64,000 nt of DNA from Glycera tridactyla (taxonomy: Eukaryota): positions 96,658,001-96,722,000 of the forward strand of contig OZ286468.1 of NCBI GenBank assembly GCA_965644265.1. Reading direction: 5' to 3'. The number at the start of each line of letters is the position of its first letter. Within the stretch, counting starts at the first letter, position 1. Shown in pieces: positions 39,330 to 52,700 of this stretch. The position numbers and the translations under genes are program-made. The notes below the pieces were generated by a model. It worked only from the letters and a program-made list of their open reading frames with translations. It ran no database searches and was not told the DNA's origin.

Positions 39330-40700
39330 GTGAGATGTGGACGTTTCAAAATTGGTTCCCATTCGTAATGTGCTGTAAAAAGAGTATAACGAAATGTAGG
39401 CACACAGCCTGTTCATATGTTCAAATGAGGTAAAAATCATCCAAGATTGATTGCTCATGAAAGATGCAATTTTGAATCAGTAGTAATAACACTGCGATAA
39501 GAAAGTAGATGTGGACAAATAACCCATGTTTGTCAGACTGAGCTACAATCGGTCACTAAACGCAAAAAATATGTTATATTTGGAGGAAATGGCTATTACA
39601 TTATTCTGACGGAAGTATTTGTGGCATCAGATCTGATATTGTCTATGTGACAGGAAATACTACATCAATTCCTTGTCAGCAATACAGACAAAGTGTCTCC
39701 GGGTCACCTACACCATTCGTTCCCCAGGGTAGAGTTGTTTCTATGAATTTTGTATCATTTATTGCCTTGTACTGCGAACATATGACCTCGATTCTGTGGA
39801 GATGGTTTTGCGTTGACATTTTATCACACAGGAATTACATTTTCAGTGAAGCATCTTGTGTTGAGTCTTGCGTGTGATACTTTTTTTAGGATTTCTTTCA
39901 TAATGATTTCTTTCATAATCCATGTGATGAGTATATGGTCATGGCATAAAAATGCAATACCAAACTCGGTTCGAATTTTACTTGATTTCAATCGGCCTTC
40001 AGCCGTGTGACACACAGATCTCTATGGTAGTGGCGGAAACAGAACGGGAGGGTCAGCTGAAATTTCTTAAACTAATTCTGAATCTAATTTTGACTACACT
40101 GGTTCAGTGATAGTAGGCCCGCGAACTACTTTTTCACATCTTACTCATGGATCTTTCCCAAAAGAAATCAATTGCGGTAAATCTCAGGATATTGCAAAAG
40201 AACATACGAAAGAGGTAGCGGATAAGATATAGATTTGTCGCCATTCTTATTATACTGAAAATAGAGTATAACACAATGTAGGCAAAAAGCCTGTCCATGT
40301 TCAGATGGGGTGAGGATCATTCAGTCCCCAATCTGTAGAAGTAACACTGTGAGAAAAGAGTGGATGAGGGCAAATTACCCATGTTTGTCAGACAGAGCTA
40401 CAATTGGTCACTAAACGCAATTGGTCACTAAACGCAATGAATATGTTATATTTCGAGGAAATGGCTATTACATTATCCTGACGACAGCATTTGGTGCATC
40501 AGATCTGATATAGTCCATATGACAGGAAATTCTCTATCAATTCGTTGTCAGCATTACATACAAAGTGTCTCTTAGTCACCTATACCATTTGTCAATCAGG
40601 GCAGAGTTCTTCCGTGGATTTCGTATCATTTATTGCCTCGAACTGCAGCATATGCCCTCGATTATCGTGAAGCTGCTTTTGCGTTGACATTTCATGATTT
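39330..40700. repeat. Local diverged direct duplication (~39330-39800 and ~40240-40700)
   Basis: CCCATGTTTGTCAGAC at 39523 and 40378, followed by colinear GAGGAAATGGCTATTACATTAT...CATCAGATCTGATAT; offset ~855 bp. Confidence 0.85.
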
Positions 40701-41479
40701 GATACGAAGTATATCCAGAAATCTGGTTAATTCCCTAGTTCCGAGTACTGTGCTACATTTTGAGGCATGTCTATCAATGCACAGGCACTTGCATGATGAA
40801 AACACAAGCTGCAGGTTCATCCAGGCAATAGGTGAGAGTGGAGGTGTGTCTGAACTGTCAGCTTTCATCATTTGATAGTGTTTCGATGTTCAATGTGTAT
40901 GACAACATTGCATGTAAGGGACAGGACATCAGGAACACATGCAAGACATAAGCTTGGGGTCCAACACCTGCCATTAACTTGCCAAACCGATCAATCCTGA
41001 GTAGTGGTTACTAACTTTGCCATTTATTGGGGTTAATGCGTTGATCGAATTGAGTTGATAGGCCGTCTCATTTGATTATGCAAAATAGTGTGGCAATATT
41101 ACCAATATTGCTGATACTCAGAAGCCAGCCTCACCCTGAATACATAAATCAAAGCAGTCGTTGGTGTATCTCTCATGGTAACATATTCGATCAAATCTCG
41201 TGTGGTTATATAAGGGCATATGTAGTATACCAAAATCTCTGTCAGATATCCTCGTCATCATTTTGGTCCCTTTTATACATTCGCTCCAATGCTTTTTTGT
41301 GGCTGTCCATCACGGTTGTCCATCGATACTAGGTTTCAGTTGATTTGATTGACAGTCCTTTGTTTCTCGCTCTTCATCGGGAATAGGCCAAAATATACGT
41401 CACATTGTCTACATGACCACGACCTGATAAATTCTCATCTCCGTTTTGAGTATATCTTCCTTCCCAAATTTCCCCCATG

Positions 41480-41920
41480 TAAACCAAGAATATGCAGCAA
41501 TCTCTCTGTCTTCTCCCATTCGCTTCAAGATGTATTATGAATCTCTTTCCACCTAAATTATCTTTACTTTCCCTCTCTTGGCGTACACCATTATTTCCTA
41601 TTCTGTCCTATTCTGGGTATATTTTCCTCACCAAATCTTTTCCTATGTTACCCCTAGAATATGCAGCAATCTATTGGTCTTCTCCCATTTGGTTCGAGGA
41701 ACGTAAGTATGGTGGAGCAACAAAATGTCTTTCAATCTAAATTCTCTTCACTGTCCTTCTCTTGGCGTACACAATTCTTTCCTATTCTGAGTATATTTTC
41801 CATACTGAATCTTTTCCTATGTTACCCCTTGAATATGCAGCGATTTTTCAGTGTTCTCCCATTCTCCAAATTCTCTTCACTGTCCTTCTCCTGGCTTACA
41901 CCATTTTTTCCTATTCTCAG
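41480..41920. repeat. Degenerate ~170-bp tandem repeat, 3 copies
   Basis: AATATGCAGC at 41489, 41658 and 41832, with shared downstream blocks. Confidence 0.75.
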
Positions 41921-43079
41921 AGCTAGGTGTCTGGCTAGTTGGTAATGCTCGGAAACCATATGATCTTGATACCTGCTGCAGGTGTGACCATACCATTGTG
42001 TATTCATGGAGTCATATCGGATATATCACAGGCAGATCCGGGCAGGCAATCAGGTGGAATATGATTAGTTCATTGGTAGATGTGAGAATACCGAGAACCT
42101 GATCATTCGGCATGCTTGATATCAGTTTTGTGTGACTTTGTTGGGGCCTCCTGATTATCTCCGCTCTTTTCACTGGGATACCAAATGTCTCAAATATCAG
42201 GTAGAATTGGACGATGGCTGATCGATTAAAAAAACAAAGTATTGATACACACTCGAATGCACATATATACACACAGACAAACAGAAAAACAGACAGAAAG
42301 ACGGACAGACAAACGCACACAGACCGTCGGATGGACAGACTGAAAAATATGTGAACTGACTGATAGATNNNNNNNNNNNNNNNNNNNNNNNNNNNNNNNN
42401 NNNNNNNNNNNNNNNNNNNNNNNNNNNNNNNNNNNNNNNNNNNNNNNNNNNNNNNNNNNNNNNNNNNNNNNNNNNNNNNNNNNNNNNNNNNNNNNNNNNN
42501 NNNNNNNNNNNNNNNNNNNNNNNNNNNNNNNNNNNNNNNNNNNNNNNNNNNNNNNNNNNNNNNNNNNNNNNNNNNNNNNNNNNNNNNNNNNNNNNNNNNN
42601 NNNNNNNNNNNNNNNNNNNNNNNNNNNNNNNNNNNNNNNNNNNNNNNNNNNNNNNNNNNNNNNNNNNNNNNNNNNNNNNNNNNNNNNNNNNNNNNNNNNN
42701 NNNNNNNNNNNNNNNNNNNNNNNNNNNNNNNNNNNNNNNNNNNNNNNNGAGAGTGAAGAACATGAGAGGGTGGAGCGAAAGGGGGCAGAAAGGGTAATGC
42801 ACTCTTAGAAGGTTAGTGGGCGTCTTCTCCATTTCGATACCTAATCAAATCGCGGTGCATTTAGTCAACATGCCACATAACATACCAAAGACGGAATATG
42901 AGAAATCCTACCGTATTGTACCAACCACGGCAAAAGCCACCGAAAAAAAATACACAAGCTGGTAGAAAATGAAGCCATGATATATGTTTGGAATTCATGA
43001 AAAGGGCTAAGTGAGAAATGCACAACTCGTTGATAACCAATTCTACATTACACCAGCAGGCCGGGGTAAAGTGAAGTGT

Positions 43080-43150
43080 ATACGAATACGAATACGAATA
43101 CGAAATAGTTTATTGCGTGAAAATATGATACAGTGTATATACAGAACATA
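43080..43150 (-). mobile_element. Probable 3' end of a non-LTR element: AATAAA plus (TATTCG)n tail
   Basis: Minus strand reads ...GCAATAAACTATTTCGTATTCGTATTCGTATTCGTAT. Short tandem tails after AATAAA are typical of CR1/L2-group elements. Confidence 0.45.
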
Positions 43151-44084
43151 TACAATGTGGTACATACAAACACCAGACCCCGAGGGATCATATGATGTAC
43201 TCACCAGCGCGACAATGACAGACAATAAGAAAAGACAAAAGATACTTCTCAATGAAGTATGGATTATTCGACTCTCGTCCAAGGACCATTTCACATCTAG
43301 TTCTAAATTAGAGGATCATCAGCACAAACCTTTGCAGGTGACTGAATGGGAAAATTTCGGAGTTTATCCAGGACCAACTCACATCTAGTTCTAGCATAGG
43401 GGATGATGAGTGCATTACACACCTGCATTACACATTGCAGTATGCTAGAGCTATTTGCCCTTCAAGCATTTTTTTAGCACCTCCAGGGATTCACTCAGCT
43501 TAGTTTCGAACATGGAGATCATGTCCTTCTCCACAGCCCTTGGGCTGTTGTTTTATTCTCACGGCCTATTCAGTAGGGTTTATTTGGTGTGCTTGTTTAT
43601 ATGTGTTCGGCTTACGGCGACTTGACACTCTGAATGAGGACGTTTGCTTGATGGCATGTATTAAAGCAATATACAAGCAGCATTGGGTATGGGGATCGGA
43701 CTGATGTCACTGAGATAGCTTTATGGTGTGTGTCTTTCAGCATAGATCTTTCAAGAAATCAAACGAAGATAGATCCATATATGAATATATGATCGACAAT
43801 CGATAAAGAGTCGTCTAATCCTATGATCCAACGTATTAAAATGCGAGTGCATCGTGAAATTGCTGAAAAAAATACCATTCTTTATAACTGCTCCAATCTG
43901 AATGATGTCGAATGAAGACAGCGCCTCTAGCGGCGAGCCTCTTCTCGATCAGCGTGAGGGATCGGCACATTATTATATGACATGCTACGCATGTCATAAA
44001 AAAAGGGGAATTTGGATGTGATACAACTAGAACAAATAAAAATCGTTCATTACCCACTGGGTAATGCTAAGACAGTCAGGGAGC

Positions 44085-44740
44085 CGTATTCGTGGTGAAT
44101 ACCTCCACATCAATCTGCGGCAGATTGGCGACGGACTTTCAAGTAAAATCGGCTCAGTGTAGGAGCAAAACAATAGACACGGTTTGGGGAACCTCCACCA
44201 CCATCCCCGCCACCACCACCACTCCTATTCTGTATGAAAACCTTGTCAGTCTGTCTCTCAGCCTTCCGCAATATGCATCAGTCTGTGTCATATACTTGTG
44301 CAGTATGCGTCATTCTGCTTCATTCTTTGTCAGACTATGACAAATCCGTGTCCAATCTGTCTTATTCTGCGTCATTCTGCGTCAATATGTGTCTAATCTT
44401 GCTCCAAACCTTGTGAAAACTATGACCAGACTGCTGCAGATTTATCGCAGAAAGAGACAGATGGCAGCCGGTCTAACACAGATTCATTGCAGTTGGGAGA
44501 CAGAAAACTTTTCCGTGTCCAAGATTTTACCACCTACTAAAAGCTGGCATCCGGTAAAATCGACATCCGCGGTCTGACAAAGAATGAGGCAGAATGACGC
44601 AGAATGACGCAGATGGGAGACGATTTTACCGCCGGTCTGAGGCAGAAAGCTAATCGTGTCCCGACCGCGTGTGAAATCGGCTAAGTGTTAAGGCAGCATA
44701 ATACAGATCTGTATTCACCACTCGCCTCGTGCAGCGAGCC
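44085..44740. mobile_element. Cluster of nested inverted repeats, MITE-like
   Basis: TGCGTCATTCTGCTTCATTCTTTGTCAGAC (~44266) is inverted to GTCTGACAAAGAATGAGGCAGAATGACGCA (~44572). GTGGTGAATAC (~44091) is inverted to GTATTCACCAC (~44711). No TSD was established. Confidence 0.5.
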
Positions 44741-45579
44741 GGCCTATTTCCTTAAGACAATCGCTTATCACGTCACAATCGGGGTCAAAGGTCAACTGGC
44801 AGTGTCGCGTGTTCGACTGCTGCGTCATACGGCAATAAACTGATGAGCAAGCCCGAGTTCATCCGCCCCCTCNNNNNNNNNNNNNNNNNNNNNNNNNNNN
44901 NNNNNNNNNNNNNNNNNNNNNNNNNNNNNNNNNNNNNNNNNNNNNNNNNNNNNNNNNNNNNNNNNNNNNNNNNNNNNNNNNNNNNNNNNNNNNNNNNNNN
45001 NNNNNNNNNNNNNNNNNNNNNNNNNNNNNNNNNNNNNNNNNNNNNNNNNNNNNNNAATCTTGACACCTCATCATAGCGATCAAGGAAAGCCCCGGGCCAC
45101 GACGTGCATTCGTAGCAGGGCTACCAATCGGCCCCCTGTTTTATTTTTTGCGCGAAGCTACCTTTCAGGTCGCACATAAACTTCAATCTTTTACACAACA
45201 TGAATAGTAAGCTGTGGTGAGTGCGGCGCTTGTCGAGAATAAGGTGGCGCTCTAATGCTTTAGGGAAATGATGGTTAAAGTGACGAACTGAGACCTGTCA
45301 CTGTCGCTTGAGAGACCCCTGAAAGACGCGGGATTTGTTTGTTTACGTTTTCACGCAGTGCGTCATTAGCGTCGGAAGAGCATCGGGGACGAAAAGGAGT
45401 CCCTTTTCTTCATCAAGTCTCGATTCTTATTCCTCACAAACATATTTTGTCAGTGTTTCTCTTCAAATAAAGTCATATAATAAAGACAGAATTCAACTCG
45501 TGACACTCCTTCTATTCTGTCTATATCTTCAACACCCGACCTCCACCCGATTTTGGCGGTTGCCGTGCGATGATATATG

Positions 45580-46500
45580 GTCAGTGAACGCTGGCTGGAT
45601 GCTCGATTCATGAGGGACCAAGACCCACAGTGAACGCTGGCTGGATGCTCGGTTCATGAGGGACCAAGACCCACAGTGAACGCTGGCTGGATGCTCGATT
45701 CATGAGGGACCAAGACCCACAGTGAACGCTGGCTGGATGCTCGATTCATGAGGGACCAAGACCCACAGTGAACGCTGGCTGGATGCTCGATTCATGAGGG
45801 ACCAAAACCCACAGTGAACGCTGGCTGGATGCTCGATTCATGGGGGTTCAAGACCCACAGTGAACGCTGGCTGGATGCTCGATTCATGAGGGTTCAAGAC
45901 CCACAGTGAACGCTGGCTGGATGCTCGATTCATGAGGGACCAAGACCCACAGTGAACGCTGGCTGGATGCTCGATTCATGGGGGTTCAAGACCCACAGTG
46001 AACGCTGGCTGGATGCTCGGTTCATGAGGGACCAAGACCCACAGTGAACGCTGGCTGGATGCTCGATTCATGAGGGACCAAGACCAACAGTGAACGCTGG
46101 CTGGATGCTCGATTCATGGGGGACCAAGACCCACAGTGAACGCTGGCTGGATGCTCGATTCATGAGGGACCAAAACCCACAGTGAACGCTGGCTGGATGC
46201 TCGATTCATGGGGGTTCAAGACCCACAGTGAACGCTGGCTGGATGCTCGATTCATGGGGGTTCAAGACCCACAGTGAACGCTGGCTGGATGCTCGATTCA
46301 TGAGGGACCAAGACCCACAGTGAACGCTGGCTGGATGCTCGATTCATGGGGGTTCAAGACCCACAGTGAACGCTGGCTGGATGCTCGGTTCATGGGGTTC
46401 AAGACCCACAGTGAACGCTGGCTGGATGCTCGATTCATGAGGGACCAAGACCCACAGTGAACGCTGGCTGGATGCTCGGTTCATGGGGGTTCTCAAGACC
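45580..46500. repeat. 46-bp minisatellite, ~20 copies, two interspersed variants
   Basis: Unit ACAGTGAACGCTGGCTGGATGCTCGATTCATGAGGGACCAAGACCC; variant ending GGGGGTTCAAGACCC. Period 46 (45601 to 45647). Confidence 0.97.
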
Positions 46501-48192
46501 CACATAAATCCTCGAACTGGGATATGCGTTCTCACGAAATATTCCTCCCTTTCATTCCACGGAAAGTTCTCATCAATCGCCCAACAATACTGACCAGTTT
46601 TGTCAATAACCATCACTCCGACGATCTCGAAATCGGCGGATCGTAATATTCTGATTCTCCAGACCCAAGTCAGCACATTGCGTCCCACATTGTGTTCGAA
46701 AGACAATTTCATGATGAATGGTTTCAACAATAAATGAGAACAGGGAGAGGGGCCGGATATATGTAATAGAACACTTGCTATTTGTGATATTCATCATTCA
46801 ACAGGTGGGGTTCCAAGGTCCTACATGCGCAAGTGCGGAAAATGGTGAAGGTGAGAAGGGCGTAAACGCCACTCAGTTGAGATCAGAAGGCGCTAAGTGC
46901 CGCTTATCTTCTAGCATATAACCCGACGATAGGCATTGGCAGCTACAGACTTTCATAGATACTGATTCGAACAGACATAGGTGCAGGTTCATCTATACCA
47001 ATTATAATGATGACATAAAACATGCAAACTATGGCTGAAATTAGGCATGGCATTTTGAAAAATAAGGCTGTGTGCTGAGGTGGAAGATGACACTTCCCAT
47101 GAAAAGGAATGGCAGTACATAGCTGGGATATAGACTGGTAAACTTTTCGCCTCAAGCGATGAGCTGCATATGGGATACGGCAATTTGATTTGCTTCAAGC
47201 CTCTGCCAAGCACAGGTGCGAGGCGCTTTTATGTATTCCCCTTGGAAAGGGTGTATGTGGGACCATGTGCGTACGGTCGGTTGAGTGTTTCAGTGTGTGT
47301 GCGCGCGCGCGGGTGTGTGTGTGGCTGCCTTTGATATTGTGTGTATGTGTGTGCGCATATGTGTGCAAGGATGGAGAAATGCAATATTGGATAGAGGAGT
47401 CCCGGAAGACTGAAATAAATGCATGTAATAACAAATGGATGGATGAATGAAATGGATAAATGGATGGATTTAAATTCATATAAGTAAATGAATGAACGAA
47501 TGAATAAATGCAAAAGCAAGTAAATAAATGAATAAATCAATAAATAAATGAACGAATAAATAGATAAGTATATCAATTTGAAGGTGCCGTCATCCCAATT
47601 AGACCTCCTCCACGTCTACTTGTATGGACGGAATGGAGGTGAGTGAATTGCCCTGGGTCGATAAATCTGATGATGTTCGTCGGTCGAGTGGGGCAGGAAA
47701 TTGGATGCCAGATATGATAGCGCGGTGCATTCAACTATGCTGCCGAAGCTCTACAAATCGAAATTCATTCAGAACAAAGTAGATGTCCACCATGCGCCAT
47801 GCTCTTCGATGGATGGATGATTTTGTCAGAAATGACACCTCACGTGATTGTGAATCTCATTCAATTTTACTCTCCGTTGGGAACCAAGGAGCAGGAGTCT
47901 CGAATGAAAGCACCCATGAGCGTTCGCATGAGTGTCTCAACTCAATCAAATAGTGTTCATGAGATATCGAGTAAAAGGAAACCCATACATCTGGAGGATT
48001 ATAGAATATCATCATATTTCTTGTTATTCGATATGGTCCATTCGATCTAATTCCCTGCGTTCAGGAAGAGACTGACAATCCTCGTTATTATTGGATTCTC
48101 GAATTTTCATCTCCAACCCGCACCCTCATTCGAATCACGGGTGAGCTGAGGTTTCGTGCTGATATTCAGGAGCGCTTCTTTTTCTGTTACAG

Positions 48193-48279
48193 CGATGAGC
48201 AGTTTTGCGAGCTTCATGGTGCTACTGCTGATCTTGGTAGAAGCTGCCATGCCAACGGCATCATCTGTACCCACTTTAG
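48193..48279 (+). CDS. nAChR-family subunit exon (TM2 and TM2-TM3 loop), 87 bp
   Basis: TTTCTGTTACAG acceptor and GTAGGT donor, phase 1 to phase 1; joins exon 32666-32894 in frame. Encodes (A)MSSFASFMVLLLILVEAAMPTASSVPTL(G), matching the TM2...E...P.TS.SVPL pattern. Confidence 0.92.
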
Positions 48280-48591
48280 GTAGGTTTGCCCATTATTATC
48301 CTAGGTATGTCTGTTAATCATCATCTATCATATGTCTACCTACTTTTATTTTTTGTTCTCCTGCCAACTCTTATCTCACATGAGTCTGCAACTATTAGAC
48401 TAGCTTAGTCTGCCACCTTTTATCCGAGCTGAGTCTGCTAACCATCATTTGATCCAAGTCTGCAAATATTATCCCAGCGAAGTCTGCAATCCATTATCCT
48501 CGGTGAATCTGTAAGCCATTATTCCAGGTGAGTCTGCCAACTGTTTTCCTAGACCGGTCCGGCGCCGGTATCGTTGGCAAGTCACCCAATT

Positions 48592-49640
48592 TAGTCCATG
48601 GGCCAGACTGGATGTCGGTACCATCTGAGGTGGCAAAGGTTACCATACATTTTCAGAATGGTACATGTCTTGGCTTCATGTTTTGGCATGATAAGGCTTC
48701 CAGAAGAGTAGCTGACAGATGCTATGGCCGTTTCCATGGCAACAGGTCATGAAATTTCAACACTTGCTCATATGACAGAAAACAATATATCTCAGCAACA
48801 AAACATCATAGAGACATGATTTCAAGGTTGATTCATATGTTCAAAGGGATGGCCTATCCAATGGTGCTTCAAAATTCTCACTTGCACATCAAGGTCACAT
48901 CCCAAAGTCAACGTCAAATGACAAATATTGCAAAATTTCACAAATCATTGGAAATACGTGTGTCTCATTCACCAACAAACATCAGGAAATGTTCCACTAT
49001 TCCATATTTCTTTGAAGTACTATCCTTAGATAATATTCTGATTCATTAGTTTATCCTATCAAAGAGCTCAGTGATTTTATGGTGATTTCCATGGAAATAC
49101 GTCCTTAAAATCCCATATTCACCTGTTTATGGAACTATGGTCTATCTCAGCAAGAAAACATCACAGAGACATGATTTCAGTGTCTATACATATGTTCAGA
49201 GGGATGGCCTATCCAATGGTATTACTAGATTTTCACTCAGACACCAAGGTCACAAAATAAGGTCAAGGTCGAATGTCGAAAATTAGCATTTTTGGTGACA
49301 TGATGCAAATAACTGTCTCAATCACTAACAAACACCAGGAAATGTACCAATATTCTGAATTTCATGGTAAACTACCCTGATTAATGATACAATTCATCAA
49401 TCCTTCTCATTGAAGAGCTTAATGATGTTATGGTGATCTCCATGGCAACACATCCTGAAAATCCCATATTCACTTCAATACAAAGATCGGTCTATCTCAG
49501 CAATGGAACATCACAGAGACACGATTTCAGTGATTATTTATATGTTTAGAAGGATAGCCTATCCAATGATCTTATCGGATTCTCACTCAAGCATCAAGGT
49601 CACAAAATGAGGTCAAGGTCAAATGTTGAAAATTGTCATT
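48592..49640 (+). repeat. Left TIR, including three ~350-355-bp subrepeats
   Basis: GGAT(G/A)GCCTATCCAATG at ~48847, 49202 and 49552. Reverse complement of ~53610-54667. Confidence 0.9.
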
Positions 49641-49749
49641 TATGACGAGGAAATGCAAAATATTATGTATCATTCACCACACTTTCATTGTCCTATTTCT
49701 GTTGTTTGACCACCAGAACTGGAACAATACATGTACTTTTCTGCAGGAA

Positions 49750-52700
49750 ACCTCTCTGTAATTTGCCACTACATCTCAAATTCCTTTTAGTGCAGCGCTT
49801 CACGATATTAGTGTGAAGTCACTCATGGGTAATAAAGAGCTAATAAACATCCTCAACAGGATTGGTCACAGTATATCATACTCACAGATGGAAGAGATTG
49901 ATACAGCTCTTTGTCAGCAGAAACTCCCATCATCAGGGGATGATAATGCCATGCCAGCCAACATCCAAACTGGTATATTCATAACATTAGTCTGGGACAA
50001 TATCGATCGTCTTGAAGAAACTATCAGTGGTGCAGGAACATCTCACAGAGTCAATGGAATTGCTGTACAAGGGAAACCGATCCATCCAAATCCAGTTCAA
50101 CCTATGCCTGAAGTTGATGAGACAAAGCAACGAAGCATTGATGCTCCAATGCCAATGCTACCATTGCACAATGCTGGAAAACCAGTGGGGCCTCTGCAAA
50201 CCATGAGTATAGATGCTGATACTGCCACTGAAACTGCACTTGCGAGAAAGAAGAACCTTGTATGGGTACTATCTCGCATGATGCAACAAGAAGACCAGAC
50301 AGTTGGTAGCTCGACTGGTTTCAACATCCTGACACGAGGTGATATGACAGTTACCCCTGTCAATCTTGGTTATTTACTTACCATTAATGCTCCAGCAACA
50401 CAAATGTCTACTGTCAATGAGGTCCTCAATCAATTGCTTAGTATCATGCAGTCTCTGGGCCTGACCAAGATAGTCTGTGTTTTTGAACAAGCCCTATATT
50501 CGAAGGCTGTTGAGATTACCTGGAAACACCAGGAAAAGTTCACAGATATTGTCATCAGACTTGGTGATTTTCACACCATCTGCACCTTGCTTGCAATATT
50601 AGGGAAACGGTTCCAGGATGGTGGCCTGAGAGATCTTTGCATAGAGTTCGGCGTCATTGCCGAAGGGTCGATTGCTGGTATTATGGATGGCTGTAAGTAC
50701 AACAGGGCAGTGTGGATGCATAATCTCGTATATGAAGCTCTCATGTGGCTAACATGGAAGAATTTCATGTCTTGGATAGATAAGAATCACCCAAATGATG
50801 TGGGACATTGTGATGCATCACTTACAACCATCAATGGGAAGGATGTTTCACATGGCATGCTGGAAGAATCATTGAAGAAGATGCTTAAAAACGCATCATG
50901 GAACTTTTTGAAATTTACTGCACTTTTCTCTGAAGAAAAGATGACCTTTCATCCATGTGCATGTCCTACCTTGACATAGTAAAGATTTCTTAGGACTCAT
51001 TCGTGCCTCAAGAGAGGAAGATTGGATGTTACACCTGGCAAGTATTTGATCAATGGTGCTTTGCATATGACCGGATGAACTATGCTCGCTTCCTTCCTTA
51101 CTATTAACTCTCAGACACACACCCAGAAGTATACAGGGAGTTCATGCATGGAGGCTTCTTGGTTCAACTAGGCAATAACAACCCTTTTGGCTGAATACCT
51201 TCTGATCAAGCTATAGCAGAAACAGTCAACAAAGACACTCAGAATGCTGGATGAACGAAAGGATTCAGCTTGAGGTCTGGGCTGTCAACAAGTATTATCT
51301 GACAGCTGAGTTCAGAAGTATGTACATCAGAAGATGAGAGCAATGACTGGTCAAACCAGCTTGAAACTCTCCCATCCAGATTTGCAGGGTCCCCCCATTA
51401 AAAAAGATGAAGCAGATGTGCAGTCTATCATTGACCTCTTGAAAAATATCTGGCTCAACCCTATGTCCCCTGATGAGGCTGATCTAGTCAGTTTCTCCAC
51501 TGGAACTATGGCTCTTGGTGATGTGATCAGGGATCTCTTGAGAGCACGAGAGGCATACTGGATTTTCAAGCAAACAAGGCTGGATGAGAAGCTGCCACCT
51601 GTAAAATTTCATGACAAGATGGCCAAGCAACAACTAGACCTCTAATTTGAGCGCGACTGCTTCTCAGGGAAAAAAAAGCACAGAATGTTGTTCTGATGGC
51701 TGATAGAAGTTTTTCAGTCACATGATCCTGGTAGCTGAAAGCCGGAAAGTCAACATAAAGGAAGTGCTTGCCTATCCTTTGGGCCCATTGCCAAGGGCAT
51801 TGGTAAATGAAGATGGGTCCCTACGGAAAACAAACAAGGCTGCTCTTGCCACAGAGCTTGAAAAATGTGTCTCCAGCAGAAAATCCATCCGCCTGCATCA
51901 TTGATGGGATGAGCCTGATCCAGAAAATGAATGGGAAGAACAACACTTTTGGCACAGATGGCACTACACCAGGTCCTCCAGGAAGGGGCACAGTCAGAGG
52001 ATTGATGTGGTTTTTGATGTCTACTATCAAACTTCAATCAAAGATGTGGAATGGCAGAGCAGAGGGGCGGACACAACTCTTCAATACAAGAACCTGGCAA
52101 GAGGTCACCATATCCAGCAATGGAGAAAATTTCTAGGCAGTTCCCCCAACAATACCAGCCTCATAAAGTTTATTGTGAATGAATGGAAACTTCCACAATA
52201 TTGAGAGATGTTGCATGACAATGTGATGTATGTGACCTGCGAAGGGACATGCCTGAAATTAACAGGACATGACTATGGGGATATAGCAGAACTGTGCTCC
52301 ACTCATGAAGAAGCAGACACCTGCATGTTGTTGCATGTACTGCATGCTGCAAATGAGGGCTCAAAATCAGTGATTATCACAGCTGAAGACACTGATGTCA
52401 TCTATCAGAAGTGTGGGAAACAAAATCGCACTCACTTTGTTGATATCCCTTGGAGGTGGTGTTTGTGATAGTCTTATTGGCTTGCACACATTCACTGGAT
52501 GTGATACTGTCAGTGCTTTTGCAGGTTGTGGAAAGCTAAATCCACTGGAACTTGTTAGAAAGGAAGTTTGCTACCAAGAGATATTCACTAAATTGGACAA
52601 ATCGTGGACTGTAAGTGACCATCTGTACCGTAAACTCGAGCAATTCACCTGTCACATGTATGTTGCCGATAGCCACACAAGTGAGGTAAATGATCTGATA

